Below are positions 9,633-19,160 of a DNA stretch of 64,000 nucleotides, in pieces (position 1 is the first letter of the stretch; every line of letters begins with the position of its first letter). This DNA comes from Phycisphaerae bacterium (GTDB taxonomy: Bacteria; Planctomycetota; Phycisphaerae; UBA1845). The notes under the pieces are model-generated. The model did not search any database and was not told the DNA's origin. It was given only the letters and a program-made list of their open reading frames with translations. The DNA is taken from contig CAXXGO010000006.1 of assembly GCA_963666835.2 (NCBI GenBank), positions 1,376,001-1,440,000 of the forward strand. Reading direction: 5' to 3'. Made by a program: the position numbers and the translations under genes.

Positions 9633-10156
9633 TGGCAACGAAGAAGAAAGCGAAGAAGCCTACACCTTCCCTCATGGATTTGGCGGCACCCGTCTCCGAA
9701 CGGATCGAGATCCTGGAGATCCTCCTCGTGGACTCCAAGGCGAAGAGGACGGCCGCCAGGGACCACCTGCCAGCTAAGATCACGTTGAATGTTGATACGC
9801 AGACGTCGGTAGAGAAGAAGGCGAAGATTATTACCGTCAGTGCGCGTTTCGCCATGAGCGCCGAGTACGAAGGGGCTGAGGATGAACTACTCCGCATCGA
9901 GGCGAGGTTCGATCTTCGTTACCGCGTGCCTTCGTTCGAGGGTTTACTGAAAGCGAACTACGATGCTTTTGGGGAAGTGAATGGCGTCTACAACGCGTGG
10001 CCATATTGGCGCGAGTACGTGCAGTCAACCACGGTCCGCATGGGCTTGCCGGCCCCGCCCGTTCCGGTTCTTCGCCCACAACAGATCGCAGCACTAGTCA
10101 AGGAAGCGGCCGTGCGGGAGAAGCAGCCCGCAGGGGGCAGGAAGAAGTCAGGTTGA
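9632..10156 (+). CDS. SecB-like chaperone
   Basis: TAATG overlap with antitoxin stop; beta-rich N-half followed by SecB signature helix FGEVNGVYNAWPYWREYVQSTTVRMGLPAPPVP. Confidence 0.8.
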   Translation: MATKKKAKKPTPSLMDLAAPVSERIEILEILLVDSKAKRTAARDHLPAKITLNVDTQTSVEKKAKIITVSARFAMSAEYEGAEDELLRIEARFDLRYRVPSFEGLLKANYDAFGEVNGVYNAWPYWREYVQSTTVRMGLPAPPVPVLRPQQIAALVKEAAVREKQPAGGRKKSG

Positions 10157-10325
10157 CATGCGTTGCTGACATTCCCCGGACCCCTCTTACACAGCTAATC
10201 GAGTGCTGTACAATCGGCACCTGCGATGACCGCTGAGAAGTCCACCGACTATTGGTGCTGCAACCACGGCACCCTTGCTGAGGCAACCGCTCGCCATGAC
10301 GGCGAGCGCAGCATCTACCCCGGCA

Positions 10326-11507
10326 CTACGAAGCGCCGACGACAGGCTGCTGTATAACGTCCAACGGATCAGTTAATCGAAGCCGGTGGAGCACGTCGTC
10401 GCCGAGCCGGCGGGTTTGTGTTAGGTGGATTGCGGGGGAGTCGTTTATCTGGGCAGCGCCTGTTCCGCCGTAGGCCGTCGGAGCGTCGCGTCCACCGATT
10501 AGTTTTGGGGCGGTGAATATGTAGGCTTCGTCTACCAACCGGGCCTCGATGAATGCGGTGAGCAAGGTCGGGCCGCCTTCGAGCAGCAGGTTGGTAACGC
10601 CCATAGCGGCCAGCTTTGCCAAGCCGGCGGACAAGTCCAAATGCCCTCGCCTTCGCCGGCACGCCACAACCTCTGCACCCCGGTTGCGCAGGCGTTGTGC
10701 CTTGGGTGACGCAGCGCTGTCTGCTCCGGTTATAACCAGGGTGGGAATCTCGTTAGCAGTGTCGATAAGTTGACACTGATTCGGGGTTCGCAAACGCCCA
10801 TCGAGCACTGCGCGCCGAGCCGTACGAAGTACCCGTACTCCGCGGGCCGTTAGCAGAGGGTCATCACGCTTGACCGTGCCTGAGCCGACGAGCACGGCAT
10901 CGACGCGAGCCCGCAGCTTATGCACCAGCCGCCGCGATTCCTCTCCTGAGATCCACTGGGAATGACCGGTGCGCGTGGCCAGTTTGCCGTCGAGGCTCTG
11001 TGCCCATTTGGCGATGACGTAAGGGCGGTTGCGAAGAATCCGGGTCAGGAACGGGGCGATCAACTCGGCCGCCGCCGCCTGTTCGACCCCCGAATCCACG
11101 GTAATTCCCGCCCGGCGGAGTCTCCGGATTCCCCGGCCGTCGACCTCGGGACTGGGATCGCGCAGTCCCACCACCACCCGGGCGACCTTCGCCGCAATAA
11201 GCGCGTCCGCGCACGGCGGGGTCTTGCCGTAATGGCTACATGGCTCGAGCGAGACGTATACGGTTGCTCCTTCAGGGGGTGAACTGCAGGACCGCAGGGC
11301 TTCGACCTCGGCGTGCGGACCGCCGAAGCGCCGATGATACCCTTCCCCGATGATCTTCTCACCACGTGTGATTACGCAGCCGACCATCGGATTCGGTTCG
11401 ACCCGACCGATTCCTTTGCGGGCCAAGCTGATCGCGCGGCGCATCATCTTCCGGTCGATGTCGCTTGAATTCTCAGCGACTGGTCGGCCTTTGCTACGCG
11501 AATTCAC
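10326..11507 (-). CDS. ribD: Bifunctional diaminohydroxyphosphoribosylaminopyrimidine deaminase / reductase
   Basis: PNPMVGCVI, HAEVEAL, SLEPCSHYGKTPPC, KWAQSLDGK, LLEGGPTL motifs; exact start uncertain. Confidence 0.96.
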   Translation of the reverse strand: MNSRSKGRPVAENSSDIDRKMMRRAISLARKGIGRVEPNPMVGCVITRGEKIIGEGYHRRFGGPHAEVEALRSCSSPPEGATVYVSLEPCSHYGKTPPCADALIAAKVARVVVGLRDPSPEVDGRGIRRLRRAGITVDSGVEQAAAAELIAPFLTRILRNRPYVIAKWAQSLDGKLATRTGHSQWISGEESRRLVHKLRARVDAVLVGSGTVKRDDPLLTARGVRVLRTARRAVLDGRLRTPNQCQLIDTANEIPTLVITGADSAASPKAQRLRNRGAEVVACRRRRGHLDLSAGLAKLAAMGVTNLLLEGGPTLLTAFIEARLVDEAYIFTAPKLIGGRDAPTAYGGTGAAQINDSPAIHLTQTRRLGDDVLHRLRLTDPLDVIQQPVVGAS

Positions 11508-11536
11508 GGTGGCAATCCCCCCGTGGTGTGGGCTGT

Positions 11537-12274
11537 CTATTCGTCCTGTTCGCTACGGCGCCCCGACCAGGACGTGCAAAGCAGAGCCCCGACTCCGCAA
11601 ACCAGCGCCGCGTCCGCAATGTTGAATACCCAAGGCCAGATGTCCCGCCCGGCCAAGCGCGGTACCCAGGCAGGGAACTTCGGGACAAACTTGATGAAAT
11701 CGCGGACGATACCCTGTTGGTGAACCTCGATGTCATCGCGCGCGAAGCGGCGCGGATGTTCCCCGTCGGGCCAGCTACCTATGTACACGTATTTGTCGTT
11801 CGTGGCACGGTCGACGATCTTGCCCGGAAGCCGCCCGGTCTCTCCCGTCGGCCCCCCTTTGAGGATCACGATGTCAGCTTTCATTGTCGCGCGATCGTAG
11901 AGGTTTCCCAGCGCTCCCGCCAGGATCAGGCCAAGGGCAAGATGCATGAACCACTGATTGCGGCGGCTGCACGCGAAAAGATAGAACACAAAAGCGAAGG
12001 CGAACAGAGAGGCCACGATGAAGAGCCCGACCTGTCCGGTGAAGAACCCGAAGACGGCTCCGTCGTTAATGGAACGGCGCAGCTCGAAAAGATGTCCGAG
12101 TATCGGGCGTGATTCCTGAGAGTCCTGCGTTGCGAAGACGTGCTGTTTCGACCACAAATCCAGCGCCAGCACGGCAATCGCCATGAGCCAGAATCGAACA
12201 TGCGAGACGACGTGGGTGATTGCCGCTTGCGGCGGCAGCCAGCTCGAACTCGTCTTGTTAGGGCAACGCGTCAT
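11537..12274 (-). CDS. lspA: Lipoprotein signal peptidase II
   Basis: DLWSK, NDGAVFG, GALGNLYDR, VRDFI, WVFNIADAAL motifs; carries a ~60-aa insertion. Confidence 0.92.
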   Translation of the reverse strand: MTRCPNKTSSSWLPPQAAITHVVSHVRFWLMAIAVLALDLWSKQHVFATQDSQESRPILGHLFELRRSINDGAVFGFFTGQVGLFIVASLFAFAFVFYLFACSRRNQWFMHLALGLILAGALGNLYDRATMKADIVILKGGPTGETGRLPGKIVDRATNDKYVYIGSWPDGEHPRRFARDDIEVHQQGIVRDFIKFVPKFPAWVPRLAGRDIWPWVFNIADAALVCGVGALLCTSWSGRRSEQDE

Positions 12275-12288
12275 TGTCCGTGGCCGGC

Positions 12289-13110
12289 TCAGCGCACTCG
12301 ACCTTCCTCCAAAGCCCGAGCATGCTCGATGCAGAACTTTGCCCAGGGTTTGGCTCGCAAGCGAGCTTTGCTGATCCGTTTGTGCGTCGCCAGGCAGACC
12401 CCATAGGTCTCGTTCGCGATCCGGTCGAGGGCCTCGTCGATCTCCCGAATGCGAACCTGTTCATTCTCAATAAGGCCCAGAGTGAACTCATGTTCCCAAT
12501 TGTCCGAGCCAAGATCGGCCATGTGGATCGGCATCGAGGAGTGAGTGCCCCCACCCGAGTTACGATTGTCCAGCGTCTCCCGGCTGAGGTTCCACACATC
12601 CCCCGATAGCTCCGCGCGCTTGGCCAGCAGCAGCTCCTTGAACTCCTGCAATTCTGCCGGCGACAAACGTGTTTTCGGCACCGCTGCCACGGGCTTCTCC
12701 TCTTCAGGTGCCGGGGGCGTTTTCTTACTCGCTACGAGCGGTTTCCCTTCTGATGTCGGCTTCTTCGCGGTCTTTTTGGTGACCCCGGCGGTCTTGGCTG
12801 CGGAAGCGCGTCCCGGGGTGATTGACTTGGCGACTGTTGCCGTCCTGCTCTTGGTTACCTTCTTGGCGCCGACGCCCTTTCTCACGGCCTTCTTAGCAGA
12901 GGCCTTCTTCACCACCTTCTTAACAGCCTCTTTTGTTGTTCTCTTTGCGCTCTTTTTTCCAACAGGCGCCTTCTTTGCGGTCTTCTTTGCCCGGCTGGAA
13001 GAACTCGCGGCTTTTCCGGTATTGGCCCCCTTTGGGGAGGGCTTACCAGCAGCTTTGGGCGTAGCGCTGCTTTTATTCGTTTTTCGCTTGCTTTGTGCCA
13101 CCGAATCCAC
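12289..13110 (-). CDS. TraR/DksA-family regulator with long Lys/Ala-rich N-terminal extension
   Basis: PIHMADLGSD coiled-coil tip, EIDEALDRI...YGVC...ISKARLRAKPWAKFCI; start may be GTG 13101. Confidence 0.88.
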   Translation of the reverse strand: MDSVAQSKRKTNKSSATPKAAGKPSPKGANTGKAASSSSRAKKTAKKAPVGKKSAKRTTKEAVKKVVKKASAKKAVRKGVGAKKVTKSRTATVAKSITPGRASAAKTAGVTKKTAKKPTSEGKPLVASKKTPPAPEEEKPVAAVPKTRLSPAELQEFKELLLAKRAELSGDVWNLSRETLDNRNSGGGTHSSMPIHMADLGSDNWEHEFTLGLIENEQVRIREIDEALDRIANETYGVCLATHKRISKARLRAKPWAKFCIEHARALEEGRVR

Positions 13111-13207
13111 CGAATATCAGGGAGAGTCGCGGCCCCCCCTGGCCCCTTGATAAATAAAGAGGAACACGAATCGAAGCGGTGAAGTATAGGAACGCCGAAT
13201 CTCGCTG

Positions 13208-14983
13208 TCAAGCGCCATCGAAGTTGGCCGGGCGTCGAACAAGCACCTCAACGACCGTTTCATCCCGGATCGTATCGGGGAGTTGGAAGAGCAAGTTGCC
13301 TGCTTTCTCGGTAATGTCGTCGAAGATCAGGTGGTTTACGTAGACCCACGCTTCGCCCCCTCCGACGCCGGTGATTTCAAAAGCCGGAGAGAACAGCGGG
13401 TGTTCCCGACCGTCCAGGACTGCCCGGATTCGGCCTTGGTCGGGCCGGAGCCGGTAGCAGCCGAGGCGGTGGTCGAAACCGGACGCATCGACGGACTCTT
13501 GCTCATCTCCGTCAACGGATCCGAGGGCGAGGGTAAGGCGGCCGGGGTTGGCAAAGTCGAACGCTCGGTCTTCGGCCTCTTCCGAGGGTAGCTTCGCGGT
13601 CTGCCCGAGCAAGATCCCGCAACGCCATTCCTTGATGGTCGAATCGGGTGGGTCGGTGACGGCCACGAACGACATTCGCTGCAGGTCACGATCGAATTGC
13701 TCGATCACCCGTGCGGATGGGGATTCATCGGCGAGGGCGAAGAGGAGGGAGGTGTCGGTCGAGCGGTTTCGGGCCAGGGCGTACGCGGGACAGCCGGGCA
13801 GCGCCGTGGAGTCTGTGGGTGAAACCGTGTAGGTCTCGAGATGCTCATTATCTCCCGCGACCAGAGTGACGGCCAGCCCCAGTTGGTCGGGTATCCACGT
13901 GGGTGTTGCTGCGGTGCAGCTCACCGTAGCGTAGACCTGGCCGGTGCGATAGACGGTATAGACCCAGCGTTGGAAGGGGCGGTCTTCCGCCGGGGCCATA
14001 GGGTCGTCGACGAAACGCCATTCGCACGAGACGACGATACGTACTTCGTTCATCTCGAGGATTCTGGGACGGGTAAGGACCGCCTCGCCGAGCGAGCCGA
14101 AGTCGGCGACCGGTTCGTCGGACGACACCACTACGACCGGGCTGGGGCCCAAGGTTGTGCCTAGAACGAGGTTCCGCAGACGGTAGGGGTCCGCCGCGAG
14201 ATTAAACCACTGGACGATCTGTCCGTTGGCGAAGGTCAACTCGAACCGCCCTCCGGCGCCGATATTCCATCGTTTTCCCGCCCGCTGGACATACAGGCGG
14301 CCGTCGCGCGCGCGGGAGTCGCCCAGCAGGTCCTGACGGTTACCGGTTAAGATGACGTCGTCCAGAAGAACTTCGGCCGGATTCTGCAGCCCGGAGACCG
14401 AAAGCCGAAGTTCGTGGATGTCGTCAATCGCCAGGTGCTCGCCGATCTCTCCGACATCCAGCCGGACGACATTCCAACCCTCTTCGAGAGCAAGTGAGGT
14501 CTCGACGGCCGCGCGGTCGGTTGATGCTCCCGCCCCGACTACGACGTCGAGACTCAATCCGGATCGAGGTGAATGAACCGCCATCAGCAAGAGATCGTAA
14601 GGCCGCCAATCGCGTTTGAGTGACCAGCGCACGGCATTATTGTTGTTGATGATGACCACGTCGTCCGCGGAGCCGGTCGTGAGTTGCAGGCACCGACGTC
14701 CGGTTTCCCGGCGGCCTTTCTTGTCGTTCAAGACGCATTTTCCCTTGGCGGAGGCTCCGGAGAACTGCACTAACTCCATGTGGGCGTCGTCTTCGAAATC
14801 CGCGATGACCGCGAAGCGACCGGAACTCAGCTCCGGATACTCGCCGACGAGAATGTCCGAACGCGTTGCGGGGGAGGCCGACGTGTTTCCGGGGAGCCGG
14901 CACGCCGTACTGGAACATGCCAATAGCATTCCGAGGAAACCGAAGTTGGTGATTCTGCTAGTGGGGATAATCTTAGTAGTCAT
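13208..14983 (-). CDS. Hypothetical lipoprotein/exported protein, possible N-terminal carbohydrate-binding-like domain
   Basis: Long ORF with hydrophobic stretch ending in lipobox-like LLACSSTAC; IADFED...DWRPYDLL...L.EGWN pattern. Confidence 0.6.
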   Translation of the reverse strand: MTTKIIPTSRITNFGFLGMLLACSSTACRLPGNTSASPATRSDILVGEYPELSSGRFAVIADFEDDAHMELVQFSGASAKGKCVLNDKKGRRETGRRCLQLTTGSADDVVIINNNNAVRWSLKRDWRPYDLLLMAVHSPRSGLSLDVVVGAGASTDRAAVETSLALEEGWNVVRLDVGEIGEHLAIDDIHELRLSVSGLQNPAEVLLDDVILTGNRQDLLGDSRARDGRLYVQRAGKRWNIGAGGRFELTFANGQIVQWFNLAADPYRLRNLVLGTTLGPSPVVVVSSDEPVADFGSLGEAVLTRPRILEMNEVRIVVSCEWRFVDDPMAPAEDRPFQRWVYTVYRTGQVYATVSCTAATPTWIPDQLGLAVTLVAGDNEHLETYTVSPTDSTALPGCPAYALARNRSTDTSLLFALADESPSARVIEQFDRDLQRMSFVAVTDPPDSTIKEWRCGILLGQTAKLPSEEAEDRAFDFANPGRLTLALGSVDGDEQESVDASGFDHRLGCYRLRPDQGRIRAVLDGREHPLFSPAFEITGVGGGEAWVYVNHLIFDDITEKAGNLLFQLPDTIRDETVVEVLVRRPANFDGA

Positions 14984-15287
14984 AGTGCCCGGCAAGGCTA
15001 GCGGGTAGCACGCGTTCATGCAATGAGTCCGGTCGGTAGGTCGGGGGCCACGCTTTGCTCGCCACGGGCGTTGTTCTCGGAATCGCCGGTGCGGCGCAAT
15101 GTCGCCAAAGCCGCCGCCCGAGTAACCTCTTATCGGCTCTGATGTTCCGCTCTCTCGCGGGCTTATCCACGATGGCGATCTGACCGACAACGGCAGTACC
15201 GCGACAGCCCTGGGTGAGGTTCGTACGAGCCCCGGGCGGGTTGCGTTCCGGCCGGAGTCGCCCGGTTGACTCGCTGGAGGATTCTAG

Positions 15288-15734
15288 ATGGCAAATGCCG
15301 ACATGGTGGTGATCGGTCCGGGTGAGCTCGGTCTCGTTACCGAGCTATACAATGAAGTCTTCAGCCCGACCGTCGACCAGGAGCACTTCCGCCGCCGATT
15401 CCAGGGGCGGCACAATGTCAGCATGATAGTGGCCATGCTCGACGGGGCTCACGTCGGAATCATCGTCGGCTTCGAGCTTATCCCCACAACGTACTTCGTG
15501 TGGCTGTGCGGGGTACTGCCGGATTTTCGTCGGCTCGGCATTGCCACCCAGCTTCTCGATGCTCAGCAGGCTTGGGCGCAGGAACACCATTACCAGATTA
15601 TCCGCTTCGAGTGCCAGAATCAGCATCGACCGATGCTGCACCTTGCCATTTCGGAGGGATATGATCTTGTGGGGATCAGGTGGGACTCGGCCGTCATGGG
15701 CAACATGGTAGTGTTCGAGAAGGAACTGCACTGA
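15288..15734 (+). CDS. GNAT family N-acetyltransferase
   Basis: GGAGG RBS; acetyl-CoA motif A GVLPDFRRLGIATQLL. Confidence 0.9.
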   Translation: MANADMVVIGPGELGLVTELYNEVFSPTVDQEHFRRRFQGRHNVSMIVAMLDGAHVGIIVGFELIPTTYFVWLCGVLPDFRRLGIATQLLDAQQAWAQEHHYQIIRFECQNQHRPMLHLAISEGYDLVGIRWDSAVMGNMVVFEKELH

Positions 15735-15832
15735 CCCGCCCGGTCGGCGACACTTGATTGCATGTCCGCCGCTGTTCCGATTGCCATTGCCCGCAAGCGG
15801 GGGGTGGCGGGCAGCCGATATCCACTAGTGAT

Positions 15833-17719
15833 ATGACCGCGATCCGTGTTCCACCTGCGTTGGCGGCTTTGGTCTTAAGCCGCAATGCCGCCGTCGATGC
15901 GACGTTGGCCGAAGTCCTCCCTCATGTGGGCGTTGCCGTTCGCCCGCTTGTGTTCGAGCTGCTGGCAACGCGAGGTCGGGGGAGAAGCCTAGCTACCGTA
16001 GTCGGGCGTTTCTTCCAATACGATGCTGATCTGCAGGAGTCCGTCGTTCAACACGTTAACGGTTTGTTCGGCGGAGTACGGCTGGCGATCGAATCGCCCG
16101 AGTTCGCAGCTCGGGCGGGTGCGATTGAAATAGTGGTGCGGAGCGATTGCGGACCGCTAGTCTACCTTCTGGCCGACGCCCTTCGTTCGACCTGTCACCG
16201 AACTCGACAGTTGGCCGCGAATGGACTACGGCTGATGACGGATCGGTTGTTCCGGAGGTTGGAGGCGGAGCCTCCGGCAACTGAGATCGAGGCGGTCGAG
16301 TCTCTATATAACTACCTCGCCGAAGCCCTGAAGAAGGCCGTCCGGCGGTGGGAAATCCACTTGCAGCCACAGGTTCTGGAGGCGGCACTGTGGATGGGCA
16401 GCCGGATCGAAACGGCCATCCGTCGGAAGCTCCAGGACCCCCGCACGAAGATCGCTCGTAAACTGAATGATCTGATCTCCGACGCGTCGAATCCTCGGTT
16501 AGCTGGTTTCACAGTGCAGGCTTTGGCGATGCCGGAACTGCGTGGGGTGGCCGGTCGGGCGATTGCCCAGGCGCAGGATGAGGCTTTTATCAAAGCCCTG
16601 TTGGCGCGCGATTGGCTTTTGGTAGACGCGGACATAGAGCAAGGGTGTCGGCGCATTCCTCCCGGGCGGTGGCTGCATGAGGGTGTTGATGAGATCCTCC
16701 GGCTTGAAGACGACTTGGGCGTGCGCGCGGTGAGGTTGCTGGCCATGACCGGCGGGTCTCACGATCGCAAGATCGCGCAATACCGAGCGTTGTTAGGTGC
16801 TGATCGCGAGCACCTGCACCGGGCGGTGGTTTGGGTTTTGGTTCAGGACAAGTCGGAGGATGCTACTGAGTTACTGCGGATGGTGGCCGCGAGGTCCGGA
16901 ATTGGGGGCAGCCTAGTTGCAAAGCGCGAATTGCGGCGACGATCCGCCGATCTCCGGGAACGGGGCATGGCGACCGGCGGAGCGGCGCTCCCGGAAGTGG
17001 GCATTCGGCACGAGTTCGAGGAATACTGGGAGTGCTTTGATAAGGACAATACGGAGTCGGTCTCCCTGAGGGACAAAGTCCGGAAAGATACGGGGGCGTT
17101 GCTTGTGTGCATCCGGGCGAAACTCGGCAGCTCGTCCGCGTTCGAACGAACTCGGGCTCTGCAAATGGGGAACGTGCTCGGTGTGTGCAAGGCGTTGGAG
17201 GAGCAGATCTACCGACTGGCTCATGATCCGGATGCCCAGGTGCGGAGCCAGGCGGTGGCTCTGCTCCGGAATCTGCCCGGGAGCACGGCTCGTCGACTTC
17301 TTCGTCAGGCGGTCGACGACCCGGACGAACGCGTTCAGGCCAACGCGATCGAAGCGCTGGATCTGCTTGACGTGACGGACCGCGAAAAAGAAACCAAACC
17401 CAAGCTGGAGTCGTTGGATAACCGAGTGCGAGCCAATGCGGTCAAGTCACTTCTGCGTCTCGACGTATATGAGGCCGGTGACGTTTTGCTGGATATGCTC
17501 GAGGATTCTTCTCCGGCCAATCGGCTCAGTGCTTTGTGGGTGATCGAGAAGCTTGGATTGGATGCCGTGCTGGCTCGGCTTGAAGTTCTTGGGACCAACG
17601 ATCCGGACAACCGAGTTCGACAGCGGGCAAAGCAGATTCTGCAGAGGCTGGCGGCTTCCGCAGAAGCCGGAGATCGAGCCGCCGGTCCCCAGGCGACGAC
17701 GGCGGGGGGACGGGCATGA
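15833..17719 (+). CDS. HEAT-repeat protein
   Basis: Repeats DPDAQVRSQAV, DPDERVQANAIEAL, DNRVRANAVKSL, DPDNRVRQRA; start approximate. Confidence 0.8.
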   Translation: MTAIRVPPALAALVLSRNAAVDATLAEVLPHVGVAVRPLVFELLATRGRGRSLATVVGRFFQYDADLQESVVQHVNGLFGGVRLAIESPEFAARAGAIEIVVRSDCGPLVYLLADALRSTCHRTRQLAANGLRLMTDRLFRRLEAEPPATEIEAVESLYNYLAEALKKAVRRWEIHLQPQVLEAALWMGSRIETAIRRKLQDPRTKIARKLNDLISDASNPRLAGFTVQALAMPELRGVAGRAIAQAQDEAFIKALLARDWLLVDADIEQGCRRIPPGRWLHEGVDEILRLEDDLGVRAVRLLAMTGGSHDRKIAQYRALLGADREHLHRAVVWVLVQDKSEDATELLRMVAARSGIGGSLVAKRELRRRSADLRERGMATGGAALPEVGIRHEFEEYWECFDKDNTESVSLRDKVRKDTGALLVCIRAKLGSSSAFERTRALQMGNVLGVCKALEEQIYRLAHDPDAQVRSQAVALLRNLPGSTARRLLRQAVDDPDERVQANAIEALDLLDVTDREKETKPKLESLDNRVRANAVKSLLRLDVYEAGDVLLDMLEDSSPANRLSALWVIEKLGLDAVLARLEVLGTNDPDNRVRQRAKQILQRLAASAEAGDRAAGPQATTAGGRA

Positions 17720-18189
17720 TCAGTTTCCTGGCCACCCAGACTCCGCCGCTCACTGAGATCCAGCGAGCGGTCCGTGACCACTTCCAGAAGGGCGGGTCCT
17801 TCGGTGCGATTGCGGTGGTGGTGCTAGTCGTTGTTCTGGGGGTGATCATCACATACGTAGTCACCCGCCGGCTACGCACCGTGACCAAGGAGGTGGAACT
17901 CGACAGTCCGGGAAAGTTGTTCCAGGAGATGCTCCTGAAATTGCAGCTTCCGGTTGTTGAGAGGCACGTGTTGGCCACGGTGGCCAAGGACCTGCACTTG
18001 GAGCATCCCGCGGCAATGTTGATTAGCTCGGTGTTGTTCGACCGTCATGTAGGTGAATGGCGGTCAGATGGGCGGGGCAGCGGCGTTGACGCGAAACTGC
18101 TCGCGCAATCCCGGCAGCGGCTTTTCTCAACTTCTGTCGACTTATCTCTGCCCGAGCGGGGCGCTCGTGCGACGCCGAGTGCGCGTTAG
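17716..18189 (+). CDS. Hypothetical single-pass membrane protein
   Basis: ATGA overlap with HEAT gene; one hydrophobic helix followed by RRLR. Confidence 0.7.
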   Translation: MISFLATQTPPLTEIQRAVRDHFQKGGSFGAIAVVVLVVVLGVIITYVVTRRLRTVTKEVELDSPGKLFQEMLLKLQLPVVERHVLATVAKDLHLEHPAAMLISSVLFDRHVGEWRSDGRGSGVDAKLLAQSRQRLFSTSVDLSLPERGARATPSAR

Positions 18190-18265
18190 GTCTGATTCTC
18201 CGTGCGCCGATCGTTGAGCCGGCCCGGATTGCTCACGACGCTTACATGAACGCGCGTAAGTCGCT

Positions 18266-18342
18266 GTAGCGTCACCCAATCTTGTGGGTGACGCCATTGA
18301 AGCACGGCGTGTTTCCACTCCAGGGACAAGCCCCGGCGTTAC
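18266..18342. repeat. GTAG-type REP-like pair between convergent genes
   Basis: GTAGCGTCACCC-AATCTTGT-GGGTGACGC on + strand and GTAACGCCGGGGCTTGTCCCTGG on - strand. Confidence 0.5.
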
Positions 18343-18384
18343 ATTGGTTTACGGGCGGCACTTCGCTTGGGTGAATAACCCGGG

Positions 18385-18588
18385 TTAAAGGTCCTCGAGT
18401 TCGTCGGCAAGCCAATCGGCGAAGCTGATATCGTCGTCCTCTTCGTCAAGCGAGTTGGCCGCAGCTTCCAGCCCAACTATCACCGCTTGGATCTGCGACG
18501 AGCTACAACTGGTCCCCCACACGGTGCCGACGACGCCGAGGCACACGCCCAGCCGCCACAACCGGTCCACGGAGCTGAGTTCCTTCAT
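18385..18588 (-). CDS. Small putative lipoprotein
   Basis: AAGGGG RBS; hydrophobic segment then GTSC; acidic tail DDISFADWLADELEDL. Confidence 0.55.
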   Translation of the reverse strand: MKELSSVDRLWRLGVCLGVVGTVWGTSCSSSQIQAVIVGLEAAANSLDEEDDDISFADWLADELEDL

Positions 18589-19006
18589 GGCTAACCCCTT
18601 GCGTAAGGTCGATTCGGATCATCCCAGGGCACTGTTATCGGGCATGCCGCTGTGATTCCTGCAGACAAAACGCCGCCATATTGCCCATTTTGATATTGCG
18701 CGGGCGGGATGGTAGTTTTGCGGCTTTTTTGGTGTATTCCCTGCCAGCTTGACTTGGCGTTCGTATCTGCTACCTTGCCCGTTCAGGCGAGTTAGAATCT
18801 CTCTCGCAGCCCTTGGGGCGATGTCGGTGGTGCCTGTTTCGGTGCAGGTGCCGGCAAGTGGGCGTTCCTCTTCGCGGCGGAGCGTTCAGGCCTCGGCTGG
18901 GGGACCGCCGCCGCGATCCTTTCCTGATCGGTGCGGCCTTGGCGAGTTCGTACACAGGCCTGTGGGTTTACGTGTTGTGCCGGTTGTCTGCCGGGGCAGC
19001 GTTGAA

Positions 19007-19078
19007 TACCCGGTGGTGTAATCGGTAACACACCAGGTTTTGGTCCTGGCGTTCCAGGTTCGAGTCCTGGCCGGGTAG
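19007..19078 (+). tRNA. tRNA-Gln (TTG)
   Basis: Cloverleaf: acceptor TACCCGG/CCGGGTA, D-arm GTGT/ACAC, anticodon arm CCAGG-TTTTGGT-CCTGG, T-loop TTCGAGT; CCA not encoded. Confidence 0.97.
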
Positions 19079-19160
19079 TGCTCGGTGGCTCCTCTCCGGT
19101 GGAGGTATACGGGCTGCGATAGAGGCATCGACCGGTTCTGGTGAAAGAAGCGAGAGTCGC

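Noticed and set aside
19007..19160. Integrative element at tRNA-Gln
   Set aside because: No integrase and no duplicated tRNA 3' end; glmU-prs follows directly.
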